Of a DNA stretch of 32,909 nucleotides, positions 26,645 through 32,909 are shown piece after piece (position 1 is the first letter of the stretch; each line of letters starts with the position of its first letter). The translations under genes were made by a program, and so were the position numbers. The DNA lies in the IMG/VR virus record IMGVR_UViG_3300048848_000262, positions 1-32,909 of that record. One strand, given 5' to 3'. Source of the stretch: a virus (lineage: Duplodnaviria > Caudoviricetes). The notes under the pieces are model-generated. The model had not been told where the DNA came from. It saw nothing but the letters and a program-made list of their open reading frames with translations, and searched no databases.

Positions 26645-26714
26645 GAAGAAAGAGCGGCGACGCCCGAAGACGCCGCCGCTAAGTCAAGGGAGGAAACGCC
26701 CAAGGAGGGCTGCC
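26645..26714 (-). ncRNA. suhB: suhB/MmgR (alpha-r8)-like small RNA with intrinsic terminator
   Basis: Minus strand reads CCCTCCTTGGGCGTTTCCTCCCTTGACTT, containing the family decamer UUUCCUCCCU, then a 12-bp c(UUCG)g hairpin and CTTTCTT. The 5' end is approximate. Confidence 0.75.
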
Positions 26715-26855
26715 CGAAGGCTGGCGCGCCGCGATCGGAATCCGCGACGACTGAATGGGGTGCGGCAGCTACCGGGGGGACGGCAGCCGCCGCGCTGGGG
26801 TTCGCCTTGGGGGACACGAACACCAGATCTGGAAATGGGATGGTCGATGTCTCGT

Positions 26856-26948
26856 TCATCCGAGCCTCCGCTTTAGGAAGCGACCGATGACCGGGCCAAG
26901 CATGAAGCTGGCGATAGTCCAGAGCAGCAGGCAGTCGATGATGCTCAT
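26856..26948 (-). CDS. 30-aa single-TM peptide (not in the ORF track)
   Basis: ATGA overlap with the cro stop: MSIIDCLLLWTIASFMLGPVIGRFLKRRLG. Confidence 0.55.
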   Translation of the reverse strand: MSIIDCLLLWTIASFMLGPVIGRFLKRRLG

Positions 26949-27205
26949 GCAGCACCTGCCTGCTCAGCGGCAGTGGGACGCGCAACAGCCTCCGGCCAAA
27001 CTGCAGTCTCAGGCCAGTTATCGGAGAACCACTGAATGACCTCGTCGTATTTGCGGGCCGTAAAGGTCCGCTGGTCATCATTCAGGTGCTCGAAGAACCG
27101 CCAATCACCCGCGGCAAGGCGGCCGAGCGTCGAAAGCCCGCGCTTACTGGCCGCCGAGTATGCCGTGGCGCAAAGCAGCAGGTTGTCGCGAAGTTCGTTT
27201 TCCAT
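26945..27205 (-). CDS. Cro-like repressor
   Basis: Divergent from cI. LSTLGRLAAGDWRFF...QWFSDNWP...WP; ATG 27205 lies just downstream of the predicted -10. Confidence 0.78.
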   Translation of the reverse strand: MENELRDNLLLCATAYSAASKRGLSTLGRLAAGDWRFFEHLNDDQRTFTARKYDEVIQWFSDNWPETAVWPEAVARPTAAEQAGAA

Positions 27206-27215
27206 GATGACGGAA

Positions 27216-27244
27216 AACATAGTCGGAATTTTCCGACTTTACAA
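27216..27244 (-). promoter_or_regulatory. PR-like lytic promoter
   Basis: TTGTAA-17 bp-TATGTT with an operator filling the spacer. Confidence 0.7.
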
Positions 27245-27303
27245 GCGAAAAAGTCGGAATAATCCCACTGGCTTTGCTGCTCGTTCGGTCGGATAAATCC
27301 GAT
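27222..27303. promoter_or_regulatory. Three OR-like operators, consensus GTCGGAWWWWTCCGAC
   Basis: GTCGGAATTTTCCGAC at 27222, GTCGGAATAATCCCAC at 27253, GTCGGATAAATCCGAT at 27288. Confidence 0.9.
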
Positions 27304-28008
27304 ATGCCGAAGAATGAGTTGCAACAAAGGGTTATCGCACGTCTGGCTGAACTGCTCGTTGGCCCGGTAGAGGCCGCCGAGCAAGTGCCGGGACTTGAGC
27401 GGAACTATATTCGGGATCTGGTAGAAGGGAAAAAGCAGTCGTTCAACCAGGCTAAGGCGCCTCTGGTTGCGCAAGCGCTCCGGTGGACGGTTGCAGATTT
27501 GAACGGATCGCAACCATTAACCATTAACGAAACATTAACGTCCGATGGTAAAAAGCAGCATTCGCAACCTGAAACTTTGGTTCACAATGCCCGTATCGGG
27601 GAACCCGTTTTAGGGTTTTCAAGAGTTCCGATAAGGGGCCAAACCATGGGCGGAAAAGACGGGGCGCTGATTTTTAACCCCGACGAATACTTCGGAGAAG
27701 TTGAGGCTCCGCCAAAATTAGTTGGCGTTCCAGACGCTTATGCAGTCTACGTGATCGGGGATTCGATGCTGGAGCGCTACCAGCACGGCGAGGTGGTTTA
27801 CGTTCACCCCTACGCGCCCGTGAAGAAGGACGATTATGTCGTGGTCCAGATTCAGAGCGATGGTCAGGTTCACGGATGGGTAAAGCGTTTCGTTTCGCGC
27901 GATGATAAGGTGCTCAAGGTGCGGCAGCTCAATCCCAAGAAGATACTATCCTTCCCAGCGAATCGCGTGATCCACGTCCACAAGATCATGATGGGTGGCG
28001 AATCGTGA
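27304..28008 (+). CDS. cI: CI-like repressor (HTH + S24 peptidase)
   Basis: ATG at 27304 with no SD (possibly leaderless). N-terminal HTH; VIGDSM and VKR S24 catalytic motifs; flanked by operators. Confidence 0.92.
   Translation: MPKNELQQRVIARLAELLVGPVEAAEQVPGLERNYIRDLVEGKKQSFNQAKAPLVAQALRWTVADLNGSQPLTINETLTSDGKKQHSQPETLVHNARIGEPVLGFSRVPIRGQTMGGKDGALIFNPDEYFGEVEAPPKLVGVPDAYAVYVIGDSMLERYQHGEVVYVHPYAPVKKDDYVVVQIQSDGQVHGWVKRFVSRDDKVLKVRQLNPKKILSFPANRVIHVHKIMMGGES
27517..27539 (+). promoter_or_regulatory. CtrA-binding site inside the cI linker
   Basis: TTAA-CGAAACA-TTAAC (27524-27539) is TTAA-N7-TTAAC, with an overlapping TTAACCAT half-site at 27517. Confidence 0.75.
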
Positions 28009-28412
28009 CGCCCCGATGGATCGCCATCGCATTCAGCCCGGCATTGCTTCTCTCTGGATGCTCATCGACGCCGGCCGAGCTTGAAGCCAAGGCTGCTCCT
28101 AGTAGCCAGTCGTTCGCTGAGAATTACCAAGAGATATACAGGCGAGTGTCGTCGGCGGCGCGGCAGTGCATGGCGGGGAATGTCGGCGCCTATGCATCTA
28201 TGGCGGTCGATACCGACCTTTTCCCGGACCTCGGCTACGGCGAGATCAGGACTTCTCTGATCAACTGGGGTGCGCGGAACTATTATCTGAGCATCAAGAT
28301 CGAGAAGGCCGGGACCGGGTCGCGGATGACGACAAAGTCCGGGAATACGCTCGGCGCCGAGCGCATGGTTCAGTCTGCCCAACGATGGGCGTCGGGCGAT
28401 CAGGGCTGTTAA
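28005..28412 (+). CDS. Lipoprotein co-transcribed with cI (candidate superinfection exclusion)
   Basis: Signal peptide with lipobox LSGC; GTGA overlap with the cI stop. Confidence 0.8.
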   Translation: MTPRWIAIAFSPALLLSGCSSTPAELEAKAAPSSQSFAENYQEIYRRVSSAARQCMAGNVGAYASMAVDTDLFPDLGYGEIRTSLINWGARNYYLSIKIEKAGTGSRMTTKSGNTLGAERMVQSAQRWASGDQGC

Positions 28413-28479
28413 AGGCTCGATCTACGCCATTTCGAGTTTCAGCTTAACCAAACTGGCAGAATACAACCTGTCAGCCACT

Positions 28480-28531
28480 GTCGGATTTTTCCGACTTTTA
28501 TGTTGACAGTCGGAAATTTCCGACTTACGTT
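28480..28531 (+). promoter_or_regulatory. PL-like promoter with two OL-like operators
   Basis: GTCGGATTTTTCCGAC at 28480 and GTCGGAAATTTCCGAC at 28509; TTGACA(28503)-17 bp-TACGTT(28526). Confidence 0.9.
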
Positions 28532-28560
28532 CTCTCCCATCAGATACGGGAGAGCGCGCA

Positions 28561-28923
28561 ATGCCTCGACAAGCAGAAGCCGGCGACTTTGCAATCGGAG
28601 AGCGCATCAAGGCGTACCGGCTCAACGCCGGGATGAGCCAGTCCGATCTCGGCGCAATTGTCGGGGTCACGTTTCAGCAAATCCAGAAATACGAGAAGGG
28701 CAAGAACCGGGTCTCCGGCAGCCGCCTACTCGGCATTGCCAAAGCTCTCAACACCACGCCTGCTGATCTACTCGGCGCGGGCGGGATGGAAGCAGCGGAG
28801 CCGGAGGCCTTCAAGCTGCTGGCCTCGGAAGACGGCGCCAAGCTCGCGAAGGCCTTCGCCTGCATCAAGAGCGCCAGCCATCGCGCCGCGGTGGTCGATC
28901 TCGCTCGCACTCTGGCTTCGTAG
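28561..28923 (+). CDS. XRE-family HTH regulator
   Basis: IGERIKAYRLNAGMSQSDLGAIVGVTFQQIQKYEKGKNRVSGSRL. Confidence 0.92.
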   Translation: MPRQAEAGDFAIGERIKAYRLNAGMSQSDLGAIVGVTFQQIQKYEKGKNRVSGSRLLGIAKALNTTPADLLGAGGMEAAEPEAFKLLASEDGAKLAKAFACIKSASHRAAVVDLARTLAS

Positions 28924-28932
28924 GAGCTGGCG

Positions 28933-29676
28933 ATGCAGTCCCTCACCTCCTCCACGCCGACCATGTCGAGCCGCGAAATCGCGGAGCTGTGCGGTGCGCG
29001 TCACAACGACGTTGCCACCACCATTGAGCGTCTGTTCGGCACCGGAGTTTTACGAGAAAGTCGTAAAACCCCTCGCGAGTACCGCCCGGATGGCGGCGGC
29101 CGGCCGACTGCAGTCTATGATCTGACCAAGCGCGACACGCTAGTCGTGGTCTCCGGCTACAACGACGAAGTCCGGGCGCGCATCATCGACCGCTGGATGG
29201 AGCTCGAAGACGCGGCCCCTCGCCCGGCGCCGATCGACGCATCCGCCCTGCTCGACAATCCCGCGGCACTCCGCGATCTCCTGCTCGGCTACACCGCCAA
29301 GGTGACTGAGCTGCAAGCCGAGGTCGCAACGTTGGCGCCGCGCGCGGACGCTTATGACCGATTTATGGACGCTCCGGGCGTCTTCGGGCTCCAGGCCGCC
29401 GGCCGTGCGCTCGGCTGCTTTCCGAACAAATTCATCCGCTGGCTGCGTGAGAAATACATCTGGGACAGCAGCGAAGGCCTTGTCGGTCGCAGCCAGTATG
29501 TGACCGCCGGCCTGTTCGAGACGCGCCCCGTGCCTACGCGTAGCAGCCACGCCAAGGTGCAGGCGTTCATCACACCCAAAGGGATCGACTATTTCTCCAC
29601 CCGCATCCCGTCGCACCTCCGCATTCCGAAACAAACCTCCGTCCCTGTGCTCTCCGCAGCGGCTACGGCTCATTGA
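28933..29676 (+). CDS. Rha-family / ANT (KilAC) antirepressor-like protein
   Basis: TMSSREIAEL..ARHNDV...RARIIDRWMELE, then LAPRADAYDRF...FITPKGIDYF. Confidence 0.88.
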   Translation: MQSLTSSTPTMSSREIAELCGARHNDVATTIERLFGTGVLRESRKTPREYRPDGGGRPTAVYDLTKRDTLVVVSGYNDEVRARIIDRWMELEDAAPRPAPIDASALLDNPAALRDLLLGYTAKVTELQAEVATLAPRADAYDRFMDAPGVFGLQAAGRALGCFPNKFIRWLREKYIWDSSEGLVGRSQYVTAGLFETRPVPTRSSHAKVQAFITPKGIDYFSTRIPSHLRIPKQTSVPVLSAAATAH

Positions 29677-29687
29677 GGGGATCAGAA

Positions 29688-30311
29688 ATGTCACTCCGCT
29701 TGACCAACGATATCCGTGAGCAGATTTCTCTTGCTGTACTGCGTCACCGCTTCTCAGCTGAGGTCGGCACCCTGATGCAGCAGCGCGCGGTCCTCGCTGA
29801 CGACATCTACAACGACGTCTATCGCAAAGCCGATCGCGACCGGATGGAATCTTTGCCCGACGGTTGGTTGCCGACAGTCCTTCATGCCTCTGTTCAATTC
29901 GGCGAGAGTGGCCGCAGTTATCAGCAGATCGACTTTGCCGGCAGCTTCTCTGGCACCCTCTACAAGCTTCGGCCGAACCAATCGACCAAGAAGTCCGAAA
30001 CGCCGTCGCGCCGGGTGCCGAAAAAACATGAGTACGGCTGCTGGAAAGTTTATGAGGCCAGCCACAAGCTCGCGATCCGCTTCGACAAGGTCGCCGCCAC
30101 CGTATCCGATCTCGAAGAACGCATTCGGGTCTGCGAGAAACAGATCGAGCAGGCGCTGAACTCGGTCACCACGGCCGCGGCGCTGGTGAAAGCCTGGCCG
30201 GAGGTCGCGCCGTTTGTGATGGCGATCATCCCGGAAGAGCGCAAGGCCGTTGCCCTGCCTGTCGCCGCGCTGAACGACATGCTCAAGCTGCCGGTCAAGA
30301 AGGCGGCGTGA
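29688..30311 (+). CDS. Nmad5-like (nucleotide modification-associated) protein
   Basis: ATG at 29688. RLTNDIREQI...ALNSVTT...LVKAWPE...ALPVAALNDML. Confidence 0.65.
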   Translation: MSLRLTNDIREQISLAVLRHRFSAEVGTLMQQRAVLADDIYNDVYRKADRDRMESLPDGWLPTVLHASVQFGESGRSYQQIDFAGSFSGTLYKLRPNQSTKKSETPSRRVPKKHEYGCWKVYEASHKLAIRFDKVAATVSDLEERIRVCEKQIEQALNSVTTAAALVKAWPEVAPFVMAIIPEERKAVALPVAALNDMLKLPVKKAA

Positions 30312-30556
30312 TGGCAGAGCCCCGCTACAGCGACGAACGGCAGCAGCTATTGGAGCGCCTTGCGCGCGGCAAGTGCAGTGCTGTCATGACGGACGGGCTT
30401 CGCCCGCGCTGGCGCCCGACACTTGCCGGCGAAGTCATTCGCGATCCCGACATTTCGCCGCTCGGGTTTGAGGCTCGCGCCGACGCGATGGCAGCAGCCC
30501 GCCGATTCAAAGACCAGTGCCAGCAGCAGCTGGCCGAAACCAACGGGAGCATGTGA
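30308..30556 (+). CDS. Hypothetical protein
   Basis: Start overlaps the upstream stop; operon tiling. Confidence 0.7.
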   Translation: MMAEPRYSDERQQLLERLARGKCSAVMTDGLRPRWRPTLAGEVIRDPDISPLGFEARADAMAAARRFKDQCQQQLAETNGSM

Positions 30557-30557
30557 C

Positions 30558-30773
30558 GTGGGCAAGATCAGCGAGCATCACTTCCCGGAGCCCGGCGATT
30601 ATCAGACGTTCGTCGATCTCGGCCCAGATCAGGAGCCAGAAGACGCGTTCACCGGCGCCCCGCCGACGTACATAGCCCTGGTGGCCGAAGCCTGCTCGCT
30701 GGCGCTGTTTCTGGCGATGGTGGCGGTCTGGTCGATCATCGGCGACCGCGGTTTTCCCGAGGTGATGCAGTGA
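30558..30773 (+). CDS. Small membrane protein
   Basis: GTG at 30558 after GGGAG; C-terminal hydrophobic helix ACSLALFLAMVAVWSIIG. Confidence 0.65.
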   Translation: MGKISEHHFPEPGDYQTFVDLGPDQEPEDAFTGAPPTYIALVAEACSLALFLAMVAVWSIIGDRGFPEVMQ

Positions 30774-30952
30774 CGCATCAGCCGCCAGCATCGCATTTCG
30801 TAGCGCCGGTCTCGGCCGTGCTGCAGCAGATCCATGACGAGATCAATGCGCTCGGCGGCCTTCATGCGCGCGACGACCACGAGCGCGGCATCATCGAGAC
30901 TGTCGGAAAAGCGCTGGCGATCGTCGAGGCCAAGCAACGGCAGGTGTCTTGA
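30770..30952 (+). CDS. Hypothetical protein
   Basis: GTGA overlap; SD GAGGTG. Confidence 0.65.
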   Translation: MTHQPPASHFVAPVSAVLQQIHDEINALGGLHARDDHERGIIETVGKALAIVEAKQRQVS

Positions 30953-31398
30953 TGGAACGCTACACCGTCACAGAGCTGGCATTTGGCGATCGGTACAGCC
31001 GCAGCAAGAAGACGCGCAACGAACCGATCTGCATCCTCGCAGACGTTCGCGGGGAGTCGGCCGGCGCATGGCGGGTCTACAGCTGGACGACCAAGAAGCT
31101 GGTCAACCTGCCGAAGAGCCTGATCGAGATGCACACCAAGGGCGCGCGGCGCTGGCATGCGATCTCGGTGCCGCGATGGCTGGTGAACAAGGAAGGCCTC
31201 TGGTCGGCGCCGGTCTGCCCGCCGCCGCGCAGCGAAGACTGCACGGATATGCGCACCATGGAAATGATGCGCGACGAGGGCGACATCGAGATCGCGCGAT
31301 ATCTCGTCGCCGACAAGAACAAATACACGCCGCTGCCAGGCCAACGAATGAGCGTCGGTGGCGGTGACTTGGACGGCGGACGGACAAGGAGATCATGA
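30952..31398 (+). CDS. Hypothetical protein
   Basis: TGATG overlap; NLPKSLIE...ISVPRWLVNKEGL motif. Confidence 0.72.
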   Translation: MERYTVTELAFGDRYSRSKKTRNEPICILADVRGESAGAWRVYSWTTKKLVNLPKSLIEMHTKGARRWHAISVPRWLVNKEGLWSAPVCPPPRSEDCTDMRTMEMMRDEGDIEIARYLVADKNKYTPLPGQRMSVGGGDLDGGRTRRS

Positions 31399-31616
31399 CC
31401 ATGAGCAACATCGTCGCATTTTCCGCAAAGCAGGCCGCCGCTATGCGCGTCGAGTCCGAATACGTGAAGGCGTGGTCGGACTATTACGGCGCCTGCCGAT
31501 CGCAGCATGACCGGGAAACCGCGATCAAGCTGGCGGATTCACACGTCAGGTATCTGAAGGGCCGCGATGCCGACATCCTGGCTGGCGTTGCCGAAGCTAT
31601 GGCGCTGCCACAATGA
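31395..31616 (+). CDS. Hypothetical protein
   Basis: SD AAGGAG; ATGA overlaps at both ends. Confidence 0.72.
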   Translation: MTMSNIVAFSAKQAAAMRVESEYVKAWSDYYGACRSQHDRETAIKLADSHVRYLKGRDADILAGVAEAMALPQ

Positions 31617-32737
31617 ACGCGCTCGTCACCATCGGGACTGAAACGCTCACGCCGGCCGTATTCTCGACGGAAGGCGGCATCGACGCGCTGCTGGCCAAGA
31701 TCGAGGCTGAGGTGCGCGCGGTCGCGACAGACATCTCGACGCCGGCCGGGCGCAAAGCTGTGGCGTCGCTGGCGTTCAAGGTTGCACGGAGCAAGACGGC
31801 GTTCGATGCCATGGGCAAAGACCTGGCCTCCGAATGGAAGCTGAAAGCCAAGGCGATCGACACTGAGCGCGCCCGCGTCTGGGATCGGCTGGAGGAGCTT
31901 CAGGCCGAGGTCCGCAAGCCGCTGGACGAATATGAGACCGCCGAAGCCACACGCATCGCCGATCACCAGGCGGCGCTGCAGGCCGTCATCGATCTCGGCA
32001 CCTTCGCCGCTGACATGCCGGCCAGCGCCGAGGTTATCACTGCCATCCAGGCTTTGGAGGGCCTGCCCGATCGCGACTGGCAGGAACTCAAGCAGAAGGC
32101 CGCCACAGCGCGCAGCGAGACGTTCGCCAAGCTGCAGGCGCTGAAATCCGCGTCGCTGGCGCGCGAAGCCGAGGTCGCCGAGCTGGAGCGCCTGCGCGCC
32201 GAGCAGGCCGTGCGCGAGCAGCAGGAGCGAGACGCCCGCATCGCCGCCGAAGCCGCCGCGGCCGCCACCCAGGAAGCCGAGCGCCGCGCCGCCGCTGAAG
32301 CCGCCCGCATTGCTGAAGAGGTCGCCGCGCGCGAGCTGCAGGCCGCCCGAGAACGCGCCGAGACGATAGCCAATGCCCAACGCGCCGAGCGTGAAGCCGC
32401 CGAGGCGCTGGCGAAATCAGAGAGCGATCGCGTGGCCGCGGAAACAGCCGCCCGAGAAGCCGAAGCCCGCGCCGAGCGCGACCGCATTGCGGCTGCAGAA
32501 CAGGCCGAAGCTGATAGGCTCGCAGCTATCGACGCTGAACGGCAGCGGGTTGCCGATGAGGCGGCAGCCGAAGCTGCTGCGGCAGCCAAGCGCGAGGCCG
32601 ACAAAGAGCACAAGAAGGCGATCAATAACGAAGCCAAGGCAGCGCTGATTGCCGCCGGGCTCTCCGAAATGGACTCCATCAAAGCCGTCACCGCGATCGC
32701 CAAGGGCGATGTCCCCAACGTCAAAATCTCATACTGA
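31613..32737 (+). CDS. Ala/Glu/Arg-rich coiled-coil phage protein (family often labelled TolA-like)
   Basis: TPAGRKAVASLAFKVARSKT N-terminus, long AEAARI-type repeats, C-terminal IAKGDVPNVKISY. Confidence 0.85.
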   Translation: MNALVTIGTETLTPAVFSTEGGIDALLAKIEAEVRAVATDISTPAGRKAVASLAFKVARSKTAFDAMGKDLASEWKLKAKAIDTERARVWDRLEELQAEVRKPLDEYETAEATRIADHQAALQAVIDLGTFAADMPASAEVITAIQALEGLPDRDWQELKQKAATARSETFAKLQALKSASLAREAEVAELERLRAEQAVREQQERDARIAAEAAAAATQEAERRAAAEAARIAEEVAARELQAARERAETIANAQRAEREAAEALAKSESDRVAAETAAREAEARAERDRIAAAEQAEADRLAAIDAERQRVADEAAAEAAAAAKREADKEHKKAINNEAKAALIAAGLSEMDSIKAVTAIAKGDVPNVKISY

Positions 32738-32747
32738 GGAGCATTAA

Positions 32748-32909
32748 ATGGACTTCGCCATTGCAATTCTGCTGCTGACGCTGGGTGTGGTTTTCGGGGC
32801 ACTGGCTGCTTACGCCATCCTCCGGGATAAGCGGTCTTTGCTCGACCAGTTCAATGAGATCCACAATTCGCCCGAGAACGTCGAGCAGCGCGCCCGGAGA
32901 GTCCAGTGA
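32748..32909 (+). CDS. 53-aa membrane protein (not in the ORF track)
   Basis: SD GAGGAG, ATG at 32748, TGA at 32907: MDFAIAILLLTLGVVFGALAAYAILRDKRSLLDQFNEIHNSPENVEQRARRVQ. Confidence 0.65.
   Translation: MDFAIAILLLTLGVVFGALAAYAILRDKRSLLDQFNEIHNSPENVEQRARRVQ

Larger units (their letters stand above)
1..32909. mobile_element. Temperate siphovirus-type (pro)phage segment, incomplete at both ends
   Basis: Contiguous head, neck, tail, packaging, replication and cI/cro immunity modules. No host housekeeping genes, integrase or att site seen. Confidence 0.97.

Noticed and set aside
26216-27081. ORFs across the cro-cII gap (224 aa plus; 177 aa minus, or 103 aa from ATG 26859)
   Set aside because: Low-complexity translations over a hairpin-rich sRNA/terminator region. 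The 26859 start has an ATGA overlap, so translation cannot be fully excluded.
31613-32737. TolA annotation for the Ala/Glu-rich protein
   Set aside because: Similarity is compositional only; no N-terminal TM anchor or tol-pal context.
1-32909. Genome-wide stop-codon reassignment
   Set aside because: Genes are full length in the standard code, with no internal TAG/TGA breaks in conserved domains; no tRNA gene was noticed.

Overview
The whole window is an internal segment of a temperate, HK97/lambda-like siphophage (prophage or phage) with Alphaproteobacterial, probably Bradyrhizobiaceae/Rhizobiales, signatures. The minus strand (27.2 kb down to 1) carries the lytic arm. It begins with Cro-like and CII-like regulators, DnaA-C, GcrA-like, DUF5131, DNA methyltransferase, GapR-like and replication genes and a NusG-type antiterminator. 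It continues with HNH, a cos-like region, terS, terL, protease, capsid, portal, a collagen-like protein, and neck and tail genes, ending in a gpI/gpJ-like tail-tip gene cut by the window edge. The plus strand (27.3 kb onward) carries the CI repressor, a lipoprotein and the second early operon. Integrase, att sites and lysis genes are not in the window. Five observations stand out. (1) A three-enzyme glycosyltransferase/methyltransferase cassette is translationally coupled inside the neck genes, a candidate virion glycosylation system. (2) A perfect CtrA box plus an internal SD/ATG lies inside the cI linker, alongside GcrA/DnaA/GapR-like genes. (3) A suhB/MmgR-like sRNA lies between cro and cII. 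(4) The tape measure gene apparently starts at ATC, in frame behind an amber stop. (5) Palindromic iterons occur in two identically spaced pairs. All family assignments are by motif recognition only; no searches were run.
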